Source of the DNA: a virus
Lineage: Duplodnaviria; Caudoviricetes
IMG/VR virus record: IMGVR_UViG_3300043434_000302
Location: 1 to 58,229 of that record
DNA length: 58,229 nucleotides
Strand: one strand, 5' to 3'
Under the pieces are notes generated by a model. It had not been told where the DNA came from. It searched no databases and saw only the letters and a program-made list of their open reading frames with translations. Within the stretch, counting starts at the first letter, position 1. Each line of letters starts with the position of its first letter. Below, piece after piece: positions 24,972 to 33,234 of the stretch. The position numbers and the translations under genes were made by a program.

Positions 24972-25405
24972 CCGACGATTTAGTGCAGCGATTGCGGGAA
25001 TATAACCAGCAGTGTGCGTATAGCTCCCTTATTAATCCAGACGGATACGAAGCAGCCAACCGCATCGAAGCCCAAGCGACGGAGATTGAACGGCTTAAAG
25101 TTCAACTGTCAGTGGAAACTGAGCCTTCACCCTACTGCCCTATCTGTGGGTCTTGCGGAGACGAAGGGTGTTGCGGGTCAAAGCGGTGTCTTTATCCAGC
25201 AGCCGAATGGCGAGCAGGATGGCGAGCAGGTTATGAAGATGGCGTTCAGGCGTGTGTTTGGGCGCTAGAGGCCGACGCCAAACTATGCGATTGCGCTGCG
25301 CTTGAAGCGAATGAGTGCGCTTGTGGCGCATGGGATGATTACAAGACTATAACATCAGATAGGGCGATTGAGATCGTCCGCGCATTACAGGAGCAAAGCA
25401 AATGA
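24968..25405 (+). CDS. Cys-rich hypothetical protein
   Basis: MTDDLVQRLR...EAANRIE N-terminus; YCPICGSCGDEGCC. Confidence 0.7.
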   Translation: MTDDLVQRLREYNQQCAYSSLINPDGYEAANRIEAQATEIERLKVQLSVETEPSPYCPICGSCGDEGCCGSKRCLYPAAEWRAGWRAGYEDGVQACVWALEADAKLCDCAALEANECACGAWDDYKTITSDRAIEIVRALQEQSK

Positions 25406-25590
25406 TGATTGATATAAAACTAAATGTAGATCAGCTAGACGGCATTGTCCGCGCATGGTTGAAGGAAACACTAAAGTCAGTGCAGTACAACGCAGCGGCG
25501 CATTATGTCCATCCAGAAGATGCCAAGCATTACAGGAAAGACATAAAGGCGCTTAAGTACATATTGGATTACATTGGGGATGGTGAATGA
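25402..25590 (+). CDS. hypothetical protein
   Basis: 62 aa; AGGAG RBS; ATGA coupling. Confidence 0.65.
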   Translation: MMIDIKLNVDQLDGIVRAWLKETLKSVQYNAAAHYVHPEDAKHYRKDIKALKYILDYIGDGE

Positions 25591-25655
25591 TCCGCCGCAT
25601 CATCGACTGGCTCATAGAGCGCATGTTTATAAACGAAAAGGATTGGGATCAATGA
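25587..25655 (+). CDS. 22-aa peptide
   Basis: ATGA-coupled on both sides; MIRRIIDWLIERMFINEKDWDQ. Confidence 0.45.
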   Translation: MIRRIIDWLIERMFINEKDWDQ

Positions 25656-25729
25656 CCCTGCGCCAGTTCCTGATGGACAACTTCGGCTGGGACGTTTACG
25701 AATGGGCTCCAGACGAAATTAGATTTTAG
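25652..25729 (+). CDS. 25-aa peptide
   Basis: ATGA-coupled; MTLRQFLMDNFGWDVYEWAPDEIRF. Confidence 0.45.
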   Translation: MTLRQFLMDNFGWDVYEWAPDEIRF

Positions 25730-25764
25730 AAATACCCCACCTCAGCTCCTTTCAATCTCGACAA

Positions 25765-25860
25765 CTACGGCGGGATAGACGGCTAGACAGCGGAAGTATC
25801 AAACACCTTTGAGGAACGGGGATCGGACATAAAGTAAGGTGTGAATGTCTAGCAACGTAG
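25765..25860. ncRNA. candidate structured RNA with three nested helices
   Basis: CTACG/CGTAG, GCTAGACA/TGTCTAGC and ACACCTT/AAGGTGT nested in non-coding DNA; strand unresolved. Confidence 0.5.
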
Positions 25861-26010
25861 AAGTTTTCGCTCTGCGGCGAACAGAAAAATAACAGCCGCA
25901 ACTCACCCGAAAAACACAACTAATTTTTTCGACTGATGCTTAGACATTAGTTGAAGCACCGCTGCTTTAGCCGTATGGCTGGAGGTTCCACCTATGTAAT
26001 GGAGATTACA

Positions 26011-27948
26011 ATGCAACTACCAACTGACTACCAATCCTATATTCACAAGTCCCGCTACGCCCGTTTCATTGATGAGAAAGGCCGTCGTGAACACTGGGAC
26101 GAAACCGTGTCTCGCTACTTCGACTTCTTCGAGGAAGAGCTCGAGACCCACAACGGACACAAGGTGTCTGCTGGCCTGCGCAGTGAGCTCGAGGACGCTG
26201 TCCTAAGCCTCGCCGTCATGCCATCTATGCGTGCTTTGATGACCGCAGGAGAGGCGCTGCGCCGTGAGAGCGTGGCTGGATACAACTGCAGCTACCTGCC
26301 CATAGATCGGCCCAAGGCTTTCGCTGAGGCGCTCTACGTGCTTATGTGTGGCACAGGCGTTGGCTTCTCTGTCGAACGTCAAGAGATCAGCAAGCTGCCA
26401 GTAGTGCCTGAGCACTTCGACCGCACCGCATTCGACATTGTTGTTGGTGACAGCAAGATTGGTTGGGCTGAGGCATATCACACGCTACTGACATGCCTAT
26501 TCGCTGGCACTATTCCTAATGTGGACTACAGCCAGATTCGCGCAGCAGGCGAGCGGCTCAAGGTATTTGGTGGACGTGCGTCTGGCCCTGATCCTTTGCG
26601 CGACCTGTTTGAATTCACGATCCGCACCATGCGCAATGCCGCTGGCCGGAAGCTGAACAGTCTCGAGGTTCATGAGATCGTTTGCAAGATCGGTGAGATC
26701 GTTGTTGTTGGTGGCGTCCGCCGTTCCGCTGAGATCAGCCTTTCGAATCTGTCCGACCAGCGCATGCGTGACGCCAAGTCTGGCAACTGGTGGATCGAGA
26801 AGCCTTACCTCGCCTTGGCAAACAACTCAGCCTCTTACACTGAGAAGCCAGAGGTCGGTCAGTTCATGGACGAATGGTCTGCACTGTACCGCTCGCGGTC
26901 TGGTGAGCGTGGCATCTTCAATCGTGAGGGAGCCATCAATAAGATACTGCGCCTTGGTCGTCGTGACCATCGCTATGACTTCGGCACTAACCCATGTGGT
27001 GAGATCGTGCTTCGCCCTCGCGGCTTCTGCAACTTGACTGAGGCAGTGGTGCGTGAGAACGATAGCCTTGGAGATCTAAAAGAAAAGGTGCGCCTCGCAT
27101 CGATCCTTGGCACATGGCAGTCCACCCTCACCCGCTTCAACTTCATCGAGCCAGAGTGGCGGCGTAACGCAGAGGAAGAACGCCTGCTTGGCGTGTCCCT
27201 AACTGGCATCTATGACAATGCACTGATGCGTGGTGACAACGGTCTTGATCGTCTTGGCACAGCACTTGAGAAGCTGAAGGCAACCGCCATCAAGGCAAAC
27301 CGTCTCGAGGCGCACGACATTGGTATCAACCCATCTGTCGCCGTCACTACGGTTAAGCCGTCCGGCACTGTGTCGCAGTTGGTGAACAGCCCAAGCGGAA
27401 TCCACCAAGGTCATGCCCAGTACTACATCCGGCGCGTGACTGGTGACAACAAAGATCCAATCACCGCCTTCATGGGTGATGCTGGCATTCCTAACGAGCC
27501 ACACGCATCCAAGCCACAAGGCATGACGGTCTTTGCGTTTCCTGTGAAGCTTGGTGATGGTACTACCACTCGCGATGACGTGACTGCGTTGCAGCATCTC
27601 GAGCTAGTCCGCACCTACAATACGCATTGGTCAGAGCATGCGGTGTCCTGCACCATCAGCGTGAAGGAACCAGAGTGGCCTAGCGTTGGCGGTTGGGTGT
27701 TCGATCACTTCGATGACATCTGTGGCCTGTCGTTCTTGCCTCATTTCGAGGGCGACAGCTCATACACGCAGATGCCTTACGAGACGATCTCAAAGGCTGA
27801 GTACGAGCAACGGCTCGCTGCTATGCCAAAGGAGATCGATTGGTCTGGCCTCGCCTTCTATGAGAAGGGGATCGACACAGTAACCGGCACACGCGAACTG
27901 GCCTGTGTTGGCAACACCTGCGAGATCGTTGACGCACAGTCTTTATAA
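26011..27948 (+). CDS. nrdJ: class II (adenosylcobalamin-dependent) ribonucleotide reductase
   Basis: MPSMRAL, NCS, VGGVRRSA, TNPCGEI, KPSGT and C-terminal ACVGNTCE; no beta subunit present; GGAG RBS before ATG 26011. Confidence 0.93.
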   Translation: MQLPTDYQSYIHKSRYARFIDEKGRREHWDETVSRYFDFFEEELETHNGHKVSAGLRSELEDAVLSLAVMPSMRALMTAGEALRRESVAGYNCSYLPIDRPKAFAEALYVLMCGTGVGFSVERQEISKLPVVPEHFDRTAFDIVVGDSKIGWAEAYHTLLTCLFAGTIPNVDYSQIRAAGERLKVFGGRASGPDPLRDLFEFTIRTMRNAAGRKLNSLEVHEIVCKIGEIVVVGGVRRSAEISLSNLSDQRMRDAKSGNWWIEKPYLALANNSASYTEKPEVGQFMDEWSALYRSRSGERGIFNREGAINKILRLGRRDHRYDFGTNPCGEIVLRPRGFCNLTEAVVRENDSLGDLKEKVRLASILGTWQSTLTRFNFIEPEWRRNAEEERLLGVSLTGIYDNALMRGDNGLDRLGTALEKLKATAIKANRLEAHDIGINPSVAVTTVKPSGTVSQLVNSPSGIHQGHAQYYIRRVTGDNKDPITAFMGDAGIPNEPHASKPQGMTVFAFPVKLGDGTTTRDDVTALQHLELVRTYNTHWSEHAVSCTISVKEPEWPSVGGWVFDHFDDICGLSFLPHFEGDSSYTQMPYETISKAEYEQRLAAMPKEIDWSGLAFYEKGIDTVTGTRELACVGNTCEIVDAQSL

Positions 27949-27991
27949 CAACAGGGAGGGGCTTCGGCCCCTCCAATACAAGGAGGTAAGT

Positions 27992-28282
27992 ATGTTTTTA
28001 GGTGAAATTAAAGCGGAAGCACTTCGGATCTGGGACATCCGCGACAGGGATCTGATTGGCGACAATCGCTTTGTTGAGATGACCCGTCCCCGCATGGCGC
28101 TGTACAAGGTCTATCGAGATCGGGGTATGTCACTGTCGCAGATCGGTCGCTACTTAAAGCGTGATCACTCAACTGTTCTGAGTGGCCTGCGCAGGATCGA
28201 AGTTGTTATGGCAGAAGACCCGACCTACAGGGAGCAGGTCGAGTCTCTCGCTTCATTTTCTATGAATGATCTTAAACTCTGA
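27992..28282 (+). CDS. DnaA C-terminal-like HTH DNA-binding protein
   Basis: SLSQIGRYLKRDHSTVLSG; AGGAGG RBS. Confidence 0.82.
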   Translation: MFLGEIKAEALRIWDIRDRDLIGDNRFVEMTRPRMALYKVYRDRGMSLSQIGRYLKRDHSTVLSGLRRIEVVMAEDPTYREQVESLASFSMNDLKL

Positions 28283-28714
28283 TATCGGAACCTCAATCAT
28301 AGGTTCCTTATCCTCCCAGTCCCCGCGCTTGGTTGTTCCACCGAACACGATATTGATGGGGGCTGGGACATTGATGTAACCAACGCAGTCCTGCCACTCC
28401 ACGATCAACATCGATCTGATGTCCGTGTCTCGAGATAGCGACAGCAGGTTCATGTATTTGTGCAGCGAGACTTGATAGGTGGGGTACGTGTGTATCGGAT
28501 TCCCCCGCGACTTGAGCTCAGCCCAAGACATGATCTCCTTCCCCCGCAGCAGCGCAAAGTCTGCTGAGTAGCGGCGAGGAAGCTTTACAACCTCCACCCC
28601 CCACTTATCCGCCAGCACAGTGATGACGGCTCGCTCATTAGCTAGTGTTGTTTCGTTCTCATATATCAACTGACCATCTTTCTCTGCTGTTTCCAAAGGG
28701 ATAATACTAAGCAC
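28253..28714 (-). CDS. PD-(D/E)xK-type nuclease-like protein
   Basis: E...YSADF.......AELKSR motif. Confidence 0.6.
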   Translation of the reverse strand: MLSIIPLETAEKDGQLIYENETTLANERAVITVLADKWGVEVVKLPRRYSADFALLRGKEIMSWAELKSRGNPIHTYPTYQVSLHKYMNLLSLSRDTDIRSMLIVEWQDCVGYINVPAPINIVFGGTTKRGDWEDKEPMIEVPISEFKIIHRK

Positions 28715-28974
28715 TCGACTAGTGAACGCGACCAGTAAGGATCAGCATCAAGCGGTATGTCGTCGATAGCCGCTCTCCGACCTTCCTTAGTTGGTATCGC
28801 AAATATTCTCTCCGCAAGACAACCCACCATGTGATCTCTGACCAGAGCGCGGAACTCTTCCGGCACATGGCGGTTAATCCACTGCATTCTTTCTTCATGT
28901 GTATTCCCCCTTGCTGCTTGCTCTGCCCAAACCATCGACTTCAGTCGCGTCGCCTTCGGCCCCACCTTCTTCAC
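28666..28974 (-). CDS. hypothetical protein
   Basis: 102 aa; GTGA overlap with the resolvase gene. Confidence 0.65.
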   Translation of the reverse strand: MKKVGPKATRLKSMVWAEQAARGNTHEERMQWINRHVPEEFRALVRDHMVGCLAERIFAIPTKEGRRAAIDDIPLDADPYWSRSLVECLVLSLWKQQRKMVS

Positions 28975-29276
28975 TGCATAAGGCCTAACAATGTAGTAAG
29001 CGGAATGACGGCCACTGACTTCTCGTTGTCGGCACGCAGGATCAGGCCAGCGTTCTCACCCAAAGCCTCCAGCATCCAAGCTGGTAATTCTTTTCTGCGC
29101 TTAGCTTCAAAAACCCACGGCTTGTCACTGAAGGACGGCGTGATCTCCACGTCACCCTTGGCATAGCTGGTTGCGCCAGACAGGGGTACGCGCTGAGCAA
29201 ACAAGCCATACTCCTTGGCCTGATTAACTAGCTCGCGCTCATACACCGCGCCCTTCGTTCTCGAAAGTTTTCCCAT
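28971..29276 (-). CDS. Holliday junction resolvase (Hjc-like)
   Basis: SRTKG..YERE...RVPLSGA....GD....EAKRR. Confidence 0.8.
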   Translation of the reverse strand: MGKLSRTKGAVYERELVNQAKEYGLFAQRVPLSGATSYAKGDVEITPSFSDKPWVFEAKRRKELPAWMLEALGENAGLILRADNEKSVAVIPLTTLLGLMQ

Positions 29277-29824
29277 TAGTTAACATGCCTCCACGTAATT
29301 TGGTTAATGATTTGCCGTACCGTTCCCTCCGATACTTTGTATCGTTTAGCTATGGATCTAATCTGCCCATGAATGCCACTAAAGTCTCCGCGAATGCTCC
29401 GGACTAACTCATCATTCAGAATGCTGTTTCCGTTGCGCTCACCCTCACATGTTGTTCCGTGCCTCACTCGATCTTGCTGGTTCTCTTTTTGAGTACACCA
29501 TCTAAGATTGCTGTAGTGGTTGTTAGTTTTGTCGTTATCCCAGTGCGCCACAACAGGGCGCATTGCGTCTAGCGGCCCATGCCATGCCTCGCACACCAGT
29601 CGATGAGCAAGAACCTCCTTCCTTCTTCCGTCTTGCCAAAGACCGTATCTGATATACCCAACCGATTGCTTTGATGGCTTCAGCAGACGCCCCTCTCTCC
29701 TGACGCGCCCCGACTCAGAGATTTCGTAGTTAGGGAAATGCGGAACTGGTCGCCACTCTTCCTCTGCCACACCACTATCCCCGTTCAAACGTGTATTTGA
29801 TTTCTTGCCAGATCGTCCGTCCAT
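29276..29824 (-). CDS. NUMOD4-HNH homing endonuclease
   Basis: EEWRPV..FPNYEIS..GRV; HRLV......H.D.DKTNN...NLRW.T..EN; likely start is the GTG at 29770. Confidence 0.88.
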   Translation of the reverse strand: MDGRSGKKSNTRLNGDSGVAEEEWRPVPHFPNYEISESGRVRREGRLLKPSKQSVGYIRYGLWQDGRRKEVLAHRLVCEAWHGPLDAMRPVVAHWDNDKTNNHYSNLRWCTQKENQQDRVRHGTTCEGERNGNSILNDELVRSIRGDFSGIHGQIRSIAKRYKVSEGTVRQIINQITWRHVN

Positions 29825-30068
29825 CGAAGACCCTGCGCAGGATGTAGCCCCTAGCTACAGAGACCACCGTGAATATTCCGGTGATGATCAGGTTCTGTGT
29901 CCATGTGACGGGGATATCCATTGCCGTCGCGACGAAGTACCAAGTGATCAGAGATATAAAGAAGCCAACCGTCGTGTTGGTCACCGCCTCAAACAAACTA
30001 TCCAAGCGATGCTGTCTATCCGCTTTACGATGGTGGCTATCGCTTAGCTCTATTGATTTCTTTTTCAT
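29775..30068 (-). CDS. small membrane protein (DUF7220-like)
   Basis: S..EAVTN..VGF.IS...NL.IT.IFT.VS..RGY..RR.F; AGGAG RBS before ATG 30068. Confidence 0.7.
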   Translation of the reverse strand: MKKKSIELSDSHHRKADRQHRLDSLFEAVTNTTVGFFISLITWYFVATAMDIPVTWTQNLIITGIFTVVSVARGYILRRVFDGRTIWQEIKYTFERG

Positions 30069-30652
30069 TAATTCACTCCTACAAATGCCGGAGCCGCTAA
30101 TTCCGCAATGATTGCAGCTCCCTTTGACATGTTTTCGTTGGCCGTAATAATCCGCAGGTTCCAAGGAACGTGCAAACCACACACCGTTTTTCCCTGCATT
30201 GGAACGATATGATCAACGTGATACTGAACGCCTGTTTGTTTGGTCATTGAGCTGGCCTGCTCATAAATAGAGGTCATCTCAAGATGCTGCTGCTCTGTAA
30301 GCCTCATGGTCCTACGCTTCTTCGCTGCGTAGCGCCTTGCGTTCATCTCCGCGACACGACCAGCATTACTCCGCTTCCACTCAGCCAACTGTGCTGCCCG
30401 TTTTTCGGCGTTGTTTTGACGGTAAAGGCGATTTGCTTCACTGTTCTCGTTGTAACGCTGCCTATTCTTCTCTCTTAGCGCCTCCGCATTTTGTTTGTAG
30501 TACTCCTGCCTATACTCCTTGGCTTTAACTGCATTGCTTTCACTCCATGCTTTGTACCGAAGGCGCGTGCAATCCCTGCAGTGACGTCCGCATGCCGTAA
30601 AATCGTCGACCGTTTTTGTAACACCACACTTGCGACACAGCTTGCTTGTCAT
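30068..30652 (-). CDS. HNH endonuclease
   Basis: N-terminal CxxC pairs; HVDHIVP.QG..VCGLHVPWNL......N..K (ORF is open from 30763). Confidence 0.88.
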   Translation of the reverse strand: MTSKLCRKCGVTKTVDDFTACGRHCRDCTRLRYKAWSESNAVKAKEYRQEYYKQNAEALREKNRQRYNENSEANRLYRQNNAEKRAAQLAEWKRSNAGRVAEMNARRYAAKKRRTMRLTEQQHLEMTSIYEQASSMTKQTGVQYHVDHIVPMQGKTVCGLHVPWNLRIITANENMSKGAAIIAELAAPAFVGVN

Positions 30653-30674
30653 AGGCTGTCCATCTTGTGTTGTT

Positions 30675-31019
30675 TCATGATCCCGACTCCAATAGATCAC
30701 AGACCTTTTGAAGCGCGGACCTGTGACGCACCCTGAGATCGTCGTACCAAGCACAATCGACATTTGCCAACTCGACTATGCGTCGCACAACCTCTGGCGA
30801 CGATTCTTCCGGAGCCCACTGCCCCTCTAAGCCCTCACAAGAGCAGTGACTACCCTCTACTAACCAAAGCTTGTCGTCGCGCTTGAAAAGCACGAGAGCT
30901 TCTCCACTGTAATTCTCGTATTCATAGGCGGCGAATAGAACCTCTGGCTCAGGCTCGCTCATGATAAAATTGTTCTGCACGTCCCCCCAATTAGAGAAGA
31001 TGTCAAAGTAAACGCTCAT
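30675..31019 (-). CDS. conserved phage protein with GSHCSC motif
   Basis: YSGEA.VL......L..V.GSHCSC.GLEGQW; start at MSVYF. Confidence 0.7.
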   Translation of the reverse strand: MSVYFDIFSNWGDVQNNFIMSEPEPEVLFAAYEYENYSGEALVLFKRDDKLWLVEGSHCSCEGLEGQWAPEESSPEVVRRIVELANVDCAWYDDLRVRHRSALQKVCDLLESGS

Positions 31020-31020
31020 A

Positions 31021-31932
31021 TCAAATCCCTTTATCCTTGATCGTGTAGTGGTGCGGGTTCTTGTCGCCGTGGATCTCGACGTTTTGCCGTGCCAATTCAT
31101 TCATGTGTGAATAGAAGTTGACGCTGCGCGGTGGACGATCATCCTCACACTTGTCTTGGATCATCGCGTCACGCAGCACGACCAGCGAGCAGATCGCTTT
31201 AGTCACATGGCTGAGCTGAGAGTCCGGATCGATGTCTTCACCCTCCCACCAACTGAACAGGTGACGGATAGTTGCGTCGTAATAGACAGATGCCCTTACG
31301 CCTACACCGCGATAGTTGTGGCGACCGTACTTCAGTGCGCCTTCGAGCATCCCTACTCCTACCTCAGCTAGTACTGCTGCTGATACGGTGGACATGGGAG
31401 CTTTCTTTATTCCGACAGCGTCTTTCGGGTTCGTTGGCTTCTGGGTTTTTTCCGCCGAATTTTCGGGGATGACTATTGGGAACGTGTCGTCATCAATCTC
31501 TTGGGCATGCCGCCAGAAAACGATGTCGCCATCTTTACCGGAGTGCTTCCAGTAAAGCTTAGCTGCATCCCTCTCCATCAGTGCTTGACCGCCACGCAAA
31601 ACAACATCGACCTTGCCAGAAGGTCGCGGCTCATGCTTCTTTGCGCCGTTCCATGCCGTCCAACAGACTGTTGGGTTCTCTTCGATGGAACGCCACGCAA
31701 TGATGCTGGTATCCGATAAGCCATTGCCCCAAAAGAACGAACGAACATCGCCCTCTTTTTTCTCTCCACTGCCATACAGCACCTCAACATTGCCCAAAAG
31801 CGGACTCTCTGGTGCGTCTGTGTTCCAGCCATGAGGTACACGCACATTCTGATTCCGACTCTCTAGAACGTCCCCGTACATATATAAGCGCTCGTTCTCC
31901 TTCATCTTGCGCATATAGTCGTGCTCATCCAT
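31021..31932 (-). CDS. DUF5664 (dATP/dGTP diphosphohydrolase-like) domain protein with N-terminal tandem repeat domains
   Basis: TNPKD..G..K......GALKYG.HN.R....RH...W.EGED.DPDS...H. Confidence 0.8.
   Translation of the reverse strand: MDEHDYMRKMKENERLYMYGDVLESRNQNVRVPHGWNTDAPESPLLGNVEVLYGSGEKKEGDVRSFFWGNGLSDTSIIAWRSIEENPTVCWTAWNGAKKHEPRPSGKVDVVLRGGQALMERDAAKLYWKHSGKDGDIVFWRHAQEIDDDTFPIVIPENSAEKTQKPTNPKDAVGIKKAPMSTVSAAVLAEVGVGMLEGALKYGRHNYRGVGVRASVYYDATIRHLFSWWEGEDIDPDSQLSHVTKAICSLVVLRDAMIQDKCEDDRPPRSVNFYSHMNELARQNVEIHGDKNPHHYTIKDKGI
31441..31471 (+). repeat. distant copy of the 18.1-kb motif, inside a CDS
   Basis: CTGGGTTTTTTCCGCCGAATTTTCGGGGATG versus CTGGGTTTTTCCGCCGAATTTTTGGGGATG at 18097-18126. 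Confidence 0.85.
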
Positions 31933-32236
31933 TATCGCTCTCCTTAACTAGGAGCTGGCACTCAGCCAGTAACTCCTCTTGTGTTCCAAACATCTCTTCG
32001 AACCTACGCTTCCAAGGGTGAACCGAAACGAACTCCCCCTTGCCGTCACCACCTTGGTGGTGCAGGTAGCAGAGCGGAATCGTTTTGAAGTGAGCGCCGG
32101 TTTTCGTGCGCCCATCCATATGATGGATCGAGATCTCTGGCTGATGAAAGCCGATCTTCTTGCACGCGACACAGCCAAGCTGGCCGACTGCATCCATCCA
32201 TTTCCGCTCTGCAGGTGTCGGCGTCCGTCCCTTCAT
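31925..32236 (-). CDS. Ref-like (RecA-dependent) HNH nuclease
   Basis: LGCVAC......IHH..GR...AH...IPLC..HH...HP.KRRFE..FGT..ELL. Confidence 0.8.
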   Translation of the reverse strand: MKGRTPTPAERKWMDAVGQLGCVACKKIGFHQPEISIHHMDGRTKTGAHFKTIPLCYLHHQGGDGKGEFVSVHPWKRRFEEMFGTQEELLAECQLLVKESDNG

Positions 32237-32238
32237 GC

Positions 32239-32658
32239 TCAGTACTTCTTGCCGCCATCTCGCATGCGATTTTCAATCTTATGATCTTCGCGGCTCATGT
32301 TGTAGAGGATCTTCTCCATGATGGCATCACCAATGTCGAAGCCCTTTGCTGCCGCCAGATCAAAGATCCGGATGACTGCATCAGCGAGCTCAACCTCGAG
32401 ACCTGAGCGATGAGGAAGCTTGTCGTCCATCAATCCCTTGCGGTCAGCCTCCATCGCCTCTGCGACTTCGCTGACGATGAGCATCAGCACCTCGCCCACA
32501 TTGCGCGTTTCATGAGTAGACTGACCCGTCTTGAGATCAGTCCACCAGCCAGCGGCTTTGTTGATGTCGAAGATTGTGCGGGACAGGGCCGTCACTACAG
32601 AGGCGTAAATAACGATGCCCTCTTCCGACTTATTCCTGTCAGTGAATGGATTATTCAT
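32239..32658 (-). CDS. MazG-like nucleotide pyrophosphohydrolase
   Basis: LIVSEVAEAMEADRK...ELADAVIRIFD...K..YN..R.DH. Confidence 0.85.
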   Translation of the reverse strand: MNNPFTDRNKSEEGIVIYASVVTALSRTIFDINKAAGWWTDLKTGQSTHETRNVGEVLMLIVSEVAEAMEADRKGLMDDKLPHRSGLEVELADAVIRIFDLAAAKGFDIGDAIMEKILYNMSREDHKIENRMRDGGKKY

Positions 32659-32996
32659 GTGTTGTATGCCTTTCGTTCTAAGCGTAGCGTTGCTGCCTTT
32701 GTTCTCCAATACTCGAAAGCGATCTCTCTCGCCTTCAGCTCTGCCTTGGCATAGGCAAGGTCGCCCTTAGCTACACCGTGGTCGAGTCGCGCCGTATAGA
32801 CCGCATCACTTTCGTCTGCGTACCGTGCTTGCGCGGCTGCACTTTTATTACCGTTCATTTCACCCTCGAGCATTGCCTTAGCAATAACCCGTTTGACGTC
32901 AGCCTCTGTCTTTAGGACGCGATACTCCGCATCCCTCAACATGACAGCTACCTCGCGGATGGCTTGGGCGAAGTTTTCTTCAGTCATCTTCGCCAA
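32655..32996 (-). CDS. helical hypothetical protein
   Basis: 113 aa; coupled to its neighbours; SAAAQ...WRT motif. Confidence 0.7.
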   Translation of the reverse strand: MAKMTEENFAQAIREVAVMLRDAEYRVLKTEADVKRVIAKAMLEGEMNGNKSAAAQARYADESDAVYTARLDHGVAKGDLAYAKAELKAREIAFEYWRTKAATLRLERKAYNT

Positions 32997-33234
32997 CCAT
33001 CATGCGGATGTGTTCCATCTTTGCGATCTCCAGTGTCGAAATGATGTCTGGGATGTAGGCCTCAGTCGACGCCATGAACAAGCCACCATTCTTCCTCCAG
33101 CCGACAAGCATTAACGTGTCGAACGACTCCGCCTCCTCAAGCGCTGCGGTTAGGATTACTGCAGGCGGTATAGTTTCGTAAGTAACATCCGGCCCACCTT
33201 TGGGAAAACGGATCACATTGTCTTGGTCGCTCAT
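32980..33234 (-). CDS. hypothetical protein
   Basis: 84 aa; ATGA overlap with the helicase gene; NVIRFP N-terminus. Confidence 0.7.
   Translation of the reverse strand: MSDQDNVIRFPKGGPDVTYETIPPAVILTAALEEAESFDTLMLVGWRKNGGLFMASTEAYIPDIISTLEIAKMEHIRMMVGEDD

Noticed and set aside
25880-26010. Cobalamin riboswitch or NrdR box before nrdJ
   Set aside because: No B12 box is seen, and ACACAACTAATTTTTT is only a poor half match to an NrdR box.
31021-32658. 2-aminoadenine (Z) genome pathway
   Set aside because: DUF5664 and MazG-like genes are present, but no PurZ, HD-family dATPase or dedicated polymerase is evident.
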